Origin: Bacteroidales bacterium
GTDB taxonomy: Bacteria > Bacteroidota > Bacteroidia > Bacteroidales > UBA4417
Reading direction: 5' to 3'
Length of the DNA: 64,000 nucleotides
Assembly: GCA_030654075.1 (NCBI GenBank)
Contig: JAURYB010000091.1
Location: 18,141 to 82,140, forward strand
Shown: piece by piece, positions 46,131 through 54,630 of the stretch
Numbering within the stretch: position 1 is the first letter of the stretch
How the letters are laid out: every line of letters begins with the position of its first letter
Program-made: the position numbers and the translations under genes
The notes under the pieces: generated by a model
Database searches by the model: none
Seen by the model: the letters and a program-made list of their open reading frames with translations, nothing else
Told to the model about the DNA's origin: nothing

Positions 46131-46177
46131 TTTTTATAGTCCGGGCGCGACTCAAAGTTGCACCCGGACTATAAAAA
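46131..46177. promoter_or_regulatory. 47-bp palindrome (17-bp arms, 16/17 matching, 13-nt spacer) between divergent promoters
   Basis: TTTTTATAGTCCGGGCG-cgactcaaagttg-CACCCGGACTATAAAAA. The A/T runs form part of the stem rather than a terminator T-tail. Confidence 0.7.
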
Positions 46178-46184
46178 TAATCCC

Positions 46185-46192
46185 TACTTTTG
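46185..46192 (+). promoter_or_regulatory. -7 promoter box TACTTTTG for the RNase HI gene
   Basis: Exact TAnnTTTG, 10 nt upstream of the ATG at 46202. Supports that start over the TTG at 46190. Confidence 0.5.
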
Positions 46193-46201
46193 CATCCTTC
46201 T

Positions 46202-46837
46202 ATGAGTAAACAAAAAAGTAAATATTATGTAGTTTGGGAAGGCCGTCAGAAGGGCATTTTCGATACATGGGATAAATGCAAAAAACAGGTGGATGGATTT
46301 ACCGGCGCAAAATACAAAAGCTTTGAGTCACCCGAAGAAGCAAAAAAAGCATTTGGAGGCAATCCGTGGAATTATTTCAATAAAACTCCTAAAACACCTG
46401 TAAACAGTGAACTTCGCAAGCAATTCGGCGAACCGTTAAAGCAGGCAATCTGTGTTGATGCAGCCTGTAGCGGAAATCCTGGTGTGCTCGAATACCGTGG
46501 AGTAGATATAGCCACAGGCCTTGAAATATTCCGCCGAGGACCATTCCCGGAAGGAACAAACAACATTGGCGAATTCCTGGCAATCGTCAGCGGACTGGTG
46601 TATCTAAAACAAAATGGTTCGCCATTGCCACTTTATAGCGATTCGGCCAATGCTATTTTATGGATAAAAGGGAAACGGGTAAATACCAAGTTGGTGCCAA
46701 ATACTAAAAACAAGGATTTGTTTGATCTTTTGGACCGGGCAGTCAATTGGCTTCTTACCAATTCGTACGATACCAAAATAGTAAAGTGGGAAACTAAGGC
46801 CTGGGGTGAAATTCCGGCTGATTTCGGAAGAAAATAG
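46202..46837 (+). CDS. rnhA: ribonuclease HI with N-terminal hybrid-binding (caulimovirus viroplasmin-like) domain
   Basis: N-terminal KYYVVWEGRQKGIFDTWDKCKKQVDGFTGAKYKSFES, then an RNase H core (ICVDAACSGNPG...NNIGEFLAIV...LYSDS). Confidence 0.8.
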   Translation: MSKQKSKYYVVWEGRQKGIFDTWDKCKKQVDGFTGAKYKSFESPEEAKKAFGGNPWNYFNKTPKTPVNSELRKQFGEPLKQAICVDAACSGNPGVLEYRGVDIATGLEIFRRGPFPEGTNNIGEFLAIVSGLVYLKQNGSPLPLYSDSANAILWIKGKRVNTKLVPNTKNKDLFDLLDRAVNWLLTNSYDTKIVKWETKAWGEIPADFGRK

Positions 46838-46961
46838 TGTTAAGAAATGCTAAATGAATTCAGCCTGTTTAACGTATTTATGGCTGAGTGAGAGTAACTG
46901 CGGGACTTAGCGACAATAAATATCTGCAAAACAAGTGTTTGGTATTTAAAATAGGATTTTG

Positions 46962-46969
46962 TAATTTTG
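46962..46969 (+). promoter_or_regulatory. -7 promoter box TAATTTTG for the yceD-rpmF-plsX-fabH cluster
   Basis: Exact TAnnTTTG, 27 nt upstream of the GTG at 46996. Confidence 0.5.
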
Positions 46970-46995
46970 CGCCCCTCAATTTAATATTGACTACA

Positions 46996-47520
46996 GTGAA
47001 TCGCCTCAAAGAATATAATATTCAGTTCGTTGGGCTTGAGCCTGGGAACCATCAGTTTGAGTTTGAAGTGAGTGATTCGTTCTTTGAACATTTTGAGTTT
47101 TCGCAAATTCAGCATGGACAGATACATGTTACGGTTGACCTTGAAAAGATGGAGAGAATGATGATTTTCGACATTGGCCTCGAAGGAGAAGCTTTGGTAA
47201 CATGCGATCGTTGCACGAATGAATTCAGCTTTCCGATATCTGACGCACAGCGGCTTATTGTAAAACTGGGAGCTGAGTATATAGAAGAAAGCGAAGATGT
47301 GGTTGTAATTCCGGAAACGGAATACCAATTCGATCTTTCATCCTATATCTATGAATTCATTCACCTGGCACTGCCGGTACGGCTGCTTCATCCCGACGAT
47401 GAAGATGGCAATAGCACCTGCGATCCTGATATGCTGCGATTACTCGAAACACTTACTCCAACCGGAGATACTCTTGATCCACGCTGGGAAGCGCTTAAAA
47501 AACTTAATACGGATCAATAA
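46996..47520 (+). CDS. YceD/DUF177 family protein
   Basis: Start moved to the in-frame GTG at 46996 (MNRLKEYNIQF) because the promoter box sits inside the longer tracked ORF. CDRCTNEF motif and conserved position before rpmF. Confidence 0.75.
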   Translation: MNRLKEYNIQFVGLEPGNHQFEFEVSDSFFEHFEFSQIQHGQIHVTVDLEKMERMMIFDIGLEGEALVTCDRCTNEFSFPISDAQRLIVKLGAEYIEESEDVVVIPETEYQFDLSSYIYEFIHLALPVRLLHPDDEDGNSTCDPDMLRLLETLTPTGDTLDPRWEALKKLNTDQ

Positions 47521-47552
47521 ATAGTTTGAACTAACAATAAATAAACAATACA

Positions 47553-47738
47553 ATGCCAAATCCAAAACACAGGTTCTCGAAAACGAGAACAGCAAAACGC
47601 AGGACACATTATAAACTTGAAGCTCCAACCTTCATTCTTTGCTCAAACTGTGGCACCTCAGTACTTTATCACAGGGTTTGCCCTGAATGTGGCTACTATA
47701 AAGGCCGTCTCGCTATTGAGAAAAATACAACAGCTTAA
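47553..47738 (+). CDS. rpmF: 50S ribosomal protein L32
   Basis: 61 aa. MPNPKHRFSKTRTAKRRTHYK plus a CxxC...CxxC zinc ribbon. Confidence 0.93.
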   Translation: MPNPKHRFSKTRTAKRRTHYKLEAPTFILCSNCGTSVLYHRVCPECGYYKGRLAIEKNTTA

Positions 47739-47784
47739 TTGTGCCTTTAACACGGCAAATCATGTACTGTAAAAGATTCTTTAA

Positions 47785-48750
47785 ATGAGAATCGGGTTAG
47801 ATGTAATGGGCGGCGATTTCGCGCCGGTAGCTGCCATTGATGGGGCTATACTTGCAGCTAAGGAGCTATCTGGTAACGATAAGATCGTTTTGATAGGTCA
47901 GGAAGCCGTTATCCGTTCGTTATTGCACGAACGTGGTTGCGATGCTTCCTTGTTTGATATTGTGCATGCTCCGGATGTTATCGAAATGGGAGAGCATCCC
48001 ACCAAAGCTATGGCCCGAAAACCTGAATCCAGCATAAGTGTTGGATTTCAGATGTTGAAACACAAAAAACTTGATTCCTTTGCCAGCGCCGGAAACAGCG
48101 GCGCTATGCTGGTAGGTTCAATTTTTAGTGTAAATACAATTCCTGGCATAGTGCGGCCGCTTACATCTGCTATTATTCCCCAGGAAGTTGGCGGATATAG
48201 TTTGCTTGTGGACGTTGGTACCAATCCGGATGCGAAACCTGATGTATTTTACCAGTTTGGGTTGGTAGGATCTATTTATGCTCAGAATGTTTATCATGTG
48301 AAAAATCCTCGGGTAGCATTACTAAACATCGGCCATGAAGAGGAAAAAGGCAACCTGACCACACAATCCGCTTACCACCTGATGAAGGATTCGAAAGATT
48401 TTAATTTTGTCGGGAATATAGAAGGCCGGGATATTCTCCGGAATAAAGCTGATGTAATTGTTTGTGATGGGTTTACAGGAAATATTATCCTCAAACTCGT
48501 TGAATCCTTTTATAACATTATGGAAAAGCGTAACCTTATGGATGATTATGTCCAAAGGTTGAATTATGAAAATTATGGAGGAACTCCTATTCTGGGCATC
48601 AACGGTGCTGTGATAATGGGCCATGGTATTTCGAATAACATTGCTATTAAAAATATGGTTTTACTTGGTCGCGATGTATTTAAAGCAAAAATTGCTTCCA
48701 AGATCAAACACGCTCTTTTAAATCTCAATGGAGGTTTTGTAGTGGAATAA
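47785..48750 (+). CDS. plsX: phosphate acyltransferase PlsX
   Basis: 321 aa. MRIGLDVMGGDFAP, GNSGAM, CDGFTGNI. Confidence 0.93.
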   Translation: MRIGLDVMGGDFAPVAAIDGAILAAKELSGNDKIVLIGQEAVIRSLLHERGCDASLFDIVHAPDVIEMGEHPTKAMARKPESSISVGFQMLKHKKLDSFASAGNSGAMLVGSIFSVNTIPGIVRPLTSAIIPQEVGGYSLLVDVGTNPDAKPDVFYQFGLVGSIYAQNVYHVKNPRVALLNIGHEEEKGNLTTQSAYHLMKDSKDFNFVGNIEGRDILRNKADVIVCDGFTGNIILKLVESFYNIMEKRNLMDDYVQRLNYENYGGTPILGINGAVIMGHGISNNIAIKNMVLLGRDVFKAKIASKIKHALLNLNGGFVVE

Positions 48751-48844
48751 TTTATTGAACCTGCCTACAATAAAGGCTTCTAAACCGAAATTTGTAAACG
48801 GTGTTTGCTTAAACTACTTTTTTACAACTGGAAAATAAAAACTT

Positions 48845-49843
48845 ATGACTGAACTAAGAGCCGCTATTACCGGAGTTGCCGGATATGCCCCCGATTATAT
48901 TCTTAACAACGAGGAATTAAGCCGCATGGTTGATACTACCGACGAATGGATAATGACCCGAATAGGTATCCGTGAACGGCATATTCTTAAAGGCGAAGGC
49001 CTGGCTTCGTCCGATATGGGAACTGAAGCGGTGAAACTCCTTTTAGCTAAAACCAACACCAATCCGGAGGATGTTGACCTGGTAATTTGTGCCACCGTTA
49101 CTCCCGATATGATGTTTCCGGCTACGGCAAACATTATCAGTGATAAATGCGGAATTACGAATGCCTTCAGCTTTGATATGAATGCGGCTTGTTCCAGCTT
49201 TCTGTACGCGCTTACCACAGCTCAGAAATTTGTAGAATCAGGAACACATAAAAAGGTAATTGTTGTTGGAACGGATAAGATGTCGGCCATCACTGATTAT
49301 ACCGACAGGGCTGTTTGTCCGCTCTTCGGCGACGCTGCTGCCGCTATAATGCTTGAACCTACAACCGAAGAAGTAGGTATTGTAGATTCCATTTTCAGAA
49401 CAAATGGTACCGGCCGTCATCATTTATATATGAAAGCCGGCGGATCACAACGTCCGGCTACACACGAAACCGTTGATAATAAAGAACATTATATTTACCA
49501 GGATGGCCAGACTGTTTTCAAATGGGCTGTTTCCAAAATGGCTGATGTTTCTGTTGAAATGATGGAGAAGCATAACCTGAAAGCTGAAGATCTTTCATGG
49601 CTGGTTCCTCACCAGGCAAATATGCGTATTATTGATGCCGTAGCAAACCGTATGGGACTGGCAAAAGAAAAAGTAATGATCAATATCGAAAGATACGGAA
49701 ACACTACATCGGCAACCATTCCGCTTTGTTTGTGGGAATGGGAATCAAAACTTCACAAAGGGGATAATATTATACTTGCTGCTTTCGGCGGAGGATTTAC
49801 CTGGGGTTCTACTTATCTGAAATGGGCGTATGATCCTAAGTAG
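48845..49843 (+). CDS. fabH: beta-ketoacyl-ACP synthase III
   Basis: 332 aa. Active-site [23 protein letters not shown]. Confidence 0.93.
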   Translation: MTELRAAITGVAGYAPDYILNNEELSRMVDTTDEWIMTRIGIRERHILKGEGLASSDMGTEAVKLLLAKTNTNPEDVDLVICATVTPDMMFPATANIISDKCGITNAFSFDMNAACSSFLYALTTAQKFVESGTHKKVIVVGTDKMSAITDYTDRAVCPLFGDAAAAIMLEPTTEEVGIVDSIFRTNGTGRHHLYMKAGGSQRPATHETVDNKEHYIYQDGQTVFKWAVSKMADVSVEMMEKHNLKAEDLSWLVPHQANMRIIDAVANRMGLAKEKVMINIERYGNTTSATIPLCLWEWESKLHKGDNIILAAFGGGFTWGSTYLKWAYDPK

Positions 49844-49937
49844 GACAAGTTCTACAAGCTTTTAAGTTAACAGGTTGAGGGGGAGAAGTTGCGATGGGGC
49901 GACTGAGCGAGGAGCGACAAGGCGAAGAAATATATAC

Positions 49938-49966
49938 AAACCCTGCTGTAATGGCGGGGCTTTTTA
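49938..49966 (+). terminator. rho-independent terminator after fabH
   Basis: CCCTGC-TGTAATG-GCGGGG stem (one G:U) followed by CTTTTTATTT. Confidence 0.6.
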
Positions 49967-50132
49967 TTTCCGAAAACCAAGATTGTTTGTTTTGAATATT
50001 AGAAAAGTGAATAACGCCTCTATAAGTTTATTTCAAATCAGTAAGCTGTAAGTCCAGCATAATCAATAATACTTCTCCTTGGAGAAGGATAAAAAGATGA
50101 GGTCCTAATCCTGTTTATGAAGGGTAATTTTT

Positions 50133-51131
50133 TCAGAATAAACTTAAGGCCGTTTCTCCCGACAGCGTTCTTCCTTCCGATCCCAACCACTCATATTCCC
50201 CAAACACAACATCCACCGCAGCTTCATATTCATCAAACTTTTTCACCTTTTTCAGTTGCTTAAAGACCTTGTGGGGATTGTCAAAAGATTCGGCGAGGTA
50301 ATGCCAGTATTCTTTCAATATTCCCAGTAAGGCAGGGTTATCGTTCAACTGCCTTCTATAAGAAGAATACAGTTCGTCAATAAATCGCCTGATTATTACC
50401 TGGCGATCTGTTTCTATTGGTAATCCTTTTATGATAGCCGGAAGAAAAGGATCCGAAAGCAAGCCGCGTCCTATCATCCACGTATTCAGAGTAGGGAAGC
50501 ATCCACTGACTTTGTGGAAGTCATTTATCGAAAAAATATCCCCATTATAAACTACCGGAACAGTAATTAATGAAATTGCTTTCTGAAAAGTATCCAGATC
50601 AGGCTCACCAGTATACAGCTGTTTCCCGATGCGGGCATGAATTGTTAGTTCTGATATTTTATGATGATTAAAAACAGGAACCAATTTGAAGATTTCTTCA
50701 GAAGAGAAATATCCAAGCCTGCATTTTACTGAAAATCGAAAGGTTGTCTCTGCCATTACTTTTTCCAGTATTTCATCAACCATTTCAGGATAAGGCAACA
50801 TGCCCGAACCACGTTTTTTATTTGCTACCATCGGATAGGGGCAACCCAGGTTCCAGTTGAGTTCCGTGAATTCTTGTTTTTCGCAAAATTGTGCAAATCG
50901 GATAATTTCATCTGCGTCTTTACTTAAAATCTGTGGAATAACTTCCGCCCCGTTTTCAGAAATACTTCCAAGTTCAGCCAGTTTCCGTGCCGGTAGTTTC
51001 ATCTCACTGTTAATTGCCGTAAAAAACGGAGTAAAGAGTTTATCAACACCTTTAAAATGGTTGGAGTACACTTTTCGGAATGTAACACCGGTGATTCCCT
51101 GGAAAGGAGCGAGGTAGATTGATGTTGACAA
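50133..51131 (-). CDS. tRNA-dihydrouridine synthase family protein
   Basis: 332 aa from a TTG start. YLAPFQGITGVTFR, NLGCPYPMVANKKRGSGML and HARIG motifs of the DUS TIM barrel. Confidence 0.75.
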   Translation of the reverse strand: MSTSIYLAPFQGITGVTFRKVYSNHFKGVDKLFTPFFTAINSEMKLPARKLAELGSISENGAEVIPQILSKDADEIIRFAQFCEKQEFTELNWNLGCPYPMVANKKRGSGMLPYPEMVDEILEKVMAETTFRFSVKCRLGYFSSEEIFKLVPVFNHHKISELTIHARIGKQLYTGEPDLDTFQKAISLITVPVVYNGDIFSINDFHKVSGCFPTLNTWMIGRGLLSDPFLPAIIKGLPIETDRQVIIRRFIDELYSSYRRQLNDNPALLGILKEYWHYLAESFDNPHKVFKQLKKVKKFDEYEAAVDVVFGEYEWLGSEGRTLSGETALSLF

Positions 51132-51165
51132 GGGTTTAGGGATTTGGGGTTAGGATTTAGGGTTG
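51131..51165. repeat. G-rich heptamer array GGGTTTA GGGATTT GGGGTTA GGATTTA GGGTTGA (G-quadruplex-compatible)
   Basis: Read directly. G-tracts at 51132-34, 51139-41, 51146-49 and 51160-62. It abuts the dus start codon. Confidence 0.8.
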
Positions 51166-51236
51166 AAGAAACCTGGTATTAGGATTCCGAAAATCTATTT
51201 ATGCAGTGATCTGTGTCTAAATTCAGTTATTTATTG

Positions 51237-51256
51237 CCATGCCCTTCAGGGCATGG
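51237..51256. repeat. CCATGCCC-TTCA-GGGCATGG hairpin, third member of the ATTG-stem-TTCA-stem-AT family
   Basis: Same ATTG 5' flank, TTCA loop and AT 3' flank as 39278 and 39407. Three stem positions differ, each with a compensating change. Confidence 0.8.
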
Positions 51257-51301
51257 ATCTATATTCTGTTTTTTTTAAATAATTCTCAAAAATACATTCA
51301 T

Positions 51302-52015
51302 CTATTTCTGCTTGAAAAACGCATCCTTCAATCCTTGATTAATCCTGTAATTCTTCAGATTAATAACAACGGTTCCTTTTTTTGATTCCTTCTCATTGCC
51401 TTTTGGCGTTTTATCTCCGTTCTGAATATCCGTTGCTATGGCTTTCGGGACTTTAAATTTCTTAACATCAACGGTAAATATCATTTTATCAGGAAGCCCC
51501 ATTGCAGCATGTGTGCCATAGAAATATTCAATCAGCATTGTTCCGGTTGACCGGGTTGTGAGTTGCGATTTCAGAACCAGGTTCCGGGAAACATCAATCC
51601 AGAATTTTGCTAAAATCAAATCTCCTGTATCGATGGAAGGAATCAGGCTGATTATTGTTGCCTGCAGGTTGCCGATAATTTCTTTTCCTGTATAAACGGC
51701 GGTGTAGGAATTTGTATCTTTAATGATACGCGATAAATCACTGAATCCCTGGCGCGGCATAATAGCAATTCCTTTCGAATCAACCTTAAACTTATCCGGT
51801 TGTTTGAAATAAATGGTAGCATTTACCGGCAGAATGCGGATAAGCGGAATATCTGCTTTGATATTTGCGTCAACAGTATAATCTTTCACTTTCATCAGCT
51901 TCTGGTAAACCGCGCGTAGCTGCTTACCAGGTGTTGTCTGCGCACTGACTGTATATCCGGCAAGGAATATAAAGATGAGACTTGCGATTTTTATATTTGT
52001 TGCGAAACATCTCAT
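51302..52015 (-). CDS. secreted LolA-like/outer-membrane-lipoprotein-sorting-like accessory protein of the ABC-2 operon
   Basis: 237 aa. Signal peptide, and a 4-nt overlap with the permease gene. The fold assignment is a guess from sequence pattern. Confidence 0.45.
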   Translation of the reverse strand: MRCFATNIKIASLIFIFLAGYTVSAQTTPGKQLRAVYQKLMKVKDYTVDANIKADIPLIRILPVNATIYFKQPDKFKVDSKGIAIMPRQGFSDLSRIIKDTNSYTAVYTGKEIIGNLQATIISLIPSIDTGDLILAKFWIDVSRNLVLKSQLTTRSTGTMLIEYFYGTHAAMGLPDKMIFTVDVKKFKVPKAIATDIQNGDKTPKGNEKESKKGTVVINLKNYRINQGLKDAFFKQK

Positions 52016-52854
52016 GATAAAATATCCTTTTTGTTGAATTTAAGCAAGGCAATAGATAGCAAAATCAGGATGTGGGCTACTAAAACTACAATGGATCTGA
52101 AAATTGCAGATACAGGAAGCGGGTCTTCGAAAAAGCTGCGCCATGCAGCCATATGTGTAGTAAAAAGAAATGGCCGGATCGGATCAAAAACGGATACATC
52201 CAATGTTCCGATGATAGTGAAAAGAACAATTATCGCCATTGTAGCTACAATTGGTCCGATTGAATTATCCGTAAAACACGAAAGTGTGATGGATAAAGTT
52301 GCGATAGTTACCAATGCAAGGTAAGCCACGGCTAAACCGCTGAAAAACCGCCACATCACATCGCCGCTTTGAAGAATAAAAAGTCCCTGGCTGTTGAGCA
52401 CCATAAGGTCACCGGTTCCGAAAAGTAATCTCCCGAATCCCAAAGCCATAACCCCGAACCAGACAGTGATTATAAACGTGTACGCGCTTCCGGCAGCAAA
52501 TTTTGACATAAGGAGTTGCGTCCGTGAAATGGGTTTGGTACAGAGCATGCGAATACTGCCTGAAGCGGCTTCACCCGAAACCAGGTCGCCGGTTACCAGT
52601 GCTACCAGCAGCGGAATATGAATTATAAGGAGTTGCAGTACAATAAAGGCCATCAGGTTTCCATTCAAAACACTTCCCTGGAATGATAAAGTTTGCTCGA
52701 ATGAACCTGTTATAAACGAAAGATAGGATTGCCCATCCATACGCATGGCAAACAGAATTACTGCTACTAATAAAGTAATAGCTCCAAGACCAATATAACT
52801 TCGCGGTTTGGCGGCTATTTTGATGAATTCGTTATATGTGCTTTTCCAGAACAT
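52012..52854 (-). CDS. ABC-2 type transporter permease
   Basis: 280 aa, about 6 TM helices. Start overlaps the ATPase stop by 1 nt. Confidence 0.75.
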   Translation of the reverse strand: MFWKSTYNEFIKIAAKPRSYIGLGAITLLVAVILFAMRMDGQSYLSFITGSFEQTLSFQGSVLNGNLMAFIVLQLLIIHIPLLVALVTGDLVSGEAASGSIRMLCTKPISRTQLLMSKFAAGSAYTFIITVWFGVMALGFGRLLFGTGDLMVLNSQGLFILQSGDVMWRFFSGLAVAYLALVTIATLSITLSCFTDNSIGPIVATMAIIVLFTIIGTLDVSVFDPIRPFLFTTHMAAWRSFFEDPLPVSAIFRSIVVLVAHILILLSIALLKFNKKDILS

Positions 52855-53765
52855 CAGTTTCCAATTAATTTCAAAAAATATTCCTCCAGTTGACGCTTCG
52901 GGTCAATCCGGAACACATTAACATAATTTTCCAAAAACAAGCGGTTAATGACAGGAATTAATTCATGCGTAGTGGTAATTTGAAGAATATCACTACCTGA
53001 ACGAGTGCATACAATACCAGGAAATTTCTGAAAAATAAGCTGAAGTGCCTTTTCGGACTGATCAACCTGGAATGAAACTACGAGCTCCTGTTCATTTAAG
53101 AGTTCGGTAACACTACCCTGGGCGACTGACCTCCCTTTGTTAAGTATTACCATTCGGTTGGCAATAAGTTCAATTTCCGAAAGAATATGCGACGAAAGTA
53201 CAATTGTTTTGTTGCGTTCGTTTTTCAGTTGCAGGATGAGGTTCCGGATGTCAATAATTCCTTTTGGGTCCAGGCCGGTAGTTGGTTCGTCGAGGATGAT
53301 AAGCTCAGGATCGTGAAGCAAAGCCTGAGCTATGCCAAGCCGCTGTTTCATTCCATGCGAAAAGCTGCCGACTTTATCCTTTTCCCGTCCTTTTAAACCA
53401 ACAAACTCAATCATTTCATGAATCCTGATTCGCGAAACATCGGAACCGGAAATACGGGCAAAAATCTCAAGATTTTTCTGGGCGGAGAGATAATGATAGA
53501 AATCAGGTTTTTCGACAATACAACCAATTTTTGACAGGATGAAACTTCGGTTGGTATTCAGGCTTTTTCCGAAGAGGCTGATTTCTCCTGAGGTCGGAGT
53601 AATTAACGAAAGCATAGCACGTATGGTTGTGCTTTTACCGGCGCCGTTCGGGCCCAGGAATCCGAAGACATCACCTTTAAACACATCAAAACTAACATCT
53701 TCAACGGCTCTTATTTTGCCGAAAATTTTTGACAGGTGTTTTACTTCTATAATTTTTTCCGGCAT
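52854..53765 (-). CDS. ABC transporter ATP-binding protein
   Basis: 303 aa. Walker A GPNGAGKST, signature FSHGMKQRL, Walker B LIILDEPTTGLD. Confidence 0.9.
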   Translation of the reverse strand: MPEKIIEVKHLSKIFGKIRAVEDVSFDVFKGDVFGFLGPNGAGKSTTIRAMLSLITPTSGEISLFGKSLNTNRSFILSKIGCIVEKPDFYHYLSAQKNLEIFARISGSDVSRIRIHEMIEFVGLKGREKDKVGSFSHGMKQRLGIAQALLHDPELIILDEPTTGLDPKGIIDIRNLILQLKNERNKTIVLSSHILSEIELIANRMVILNKGRSVAQGSVTELLNEQELVVSFQVDQSEKALQLIFQKFPGIVCTRSGSDILQITTTHELIPVINRLFLENYVNVFRIDPKRQLEEYFLKLIGN

Positions 53766-53910
53766 AGTGTTTCAGAACTCCATTAAAGCTGCTACGAATG
53801 ATCAACAGATAATCGAAAAATCGAGAATATTGTCTTTTGCCTTAGTATAAACAGAAGGAGCAATCATTTGTTTGGAGATGAAGAGCCAAATCCCAAACCT
53901 GTTACAGAGA

Positions 53911-54414
53911 TTATTTCTTTTGTTTTGAATCCAGGAATTCTTTCAATTTGCCCTGATTTTTAGCATCGATCAGTTTTTTAACCTCACCCTTGGGCTTGTA
54001 ATTGTTACCCGGATTTTCGAAATATGTTGCGAGAAGCAGATAGGCGTTGTATTTTAATTCTTCACGGTCAACTGCCTTGCCTTTGGCCAGTGCATATTTG
54101 GCCAGGCATACAAAATACATACTTAAGGCATCGTTGTCCCCGCCGGCGATTTTGCTAATAGTTTCATCCATTCCGAATGAATAATCCGAAGTGCCTCCCA
54201 TCCATTTCATTATGAAAGCAATAGCATTTTTCCTGTTCATGTTTTCCTTATCAACAGGGGACGAATACACATAATCCGAGGCAAGTATCACCTGTGGCTC
54301 AGCCTTTCGGTAATTAGCGGCTGAGGTAAGAGGTATGTTATCGTACTGTGAAGTATTTTGTGAAAATACACTGACCGCTATACAGCTTAACAGGATTGAG
54401 AGTAGGGCTTTCAT
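53911..54414 (-). CDS. hypothetical secreted protein
   Basis: 167 aa with a signal peptide. No recognisable family. Confidence 0.5.
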   Translation of the reverse strand: MKALLSILLSCIAVSVFSQNTSQYDNIPLTSAANYRKAEPQVILASDYVYSSPVDKENMNRKNAIAFIMKWMGGTSDYSFGMDETISKIAGGDNDALSMYFVCLAKYALAKGKAVDREELKYNAYLLLATYFENPGNNYKPKGEVKKLIDAKNQGKLKEFLDSKQKK

Positions 54415-54630
54415 AGAATTGTTCTAAAGGTTTTAAAATCAGGTTAAATACATTTGGTCTTAATACCCAAATGGTTCTACCGGAGAGCAAATATAGAATT
54501 TTAATAGTTAATGATATATCCGGCTTGTTAAAGCATATCAAATATAGGTCCTTTTGTGATTCTATAATTCCTGGTCAGGGAAACAAGCCTATTTTAAGTC
54601 AGACATTACCATAACTTATTGCCAGAATTA

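Noticed and set aside
46139-46148. AGTCCGGGCG, resembling the RNase P RNA P4 strand (GAAAGUCCGGGC)
   Set aside because: It is only a 9-10-nt match and forms part of a simple palindrome. None of the other conserved RNase P regions are present.
46888-46995. N-terminal extensions of tracked ORFs: the DUF177 gene here, plus 28397-28459 (GH-like), 57598-57768 (SNF2), 46103-46120 (DUF4160), 46190-46201 (rnhA) and 57854-57880 (YfcC)
   Set aside because: Promoter boxes fall inside the extensions, or lipobox/signal-peptide and family-typical N-termini begin at an internal start. The shorter starts were adopted instead.
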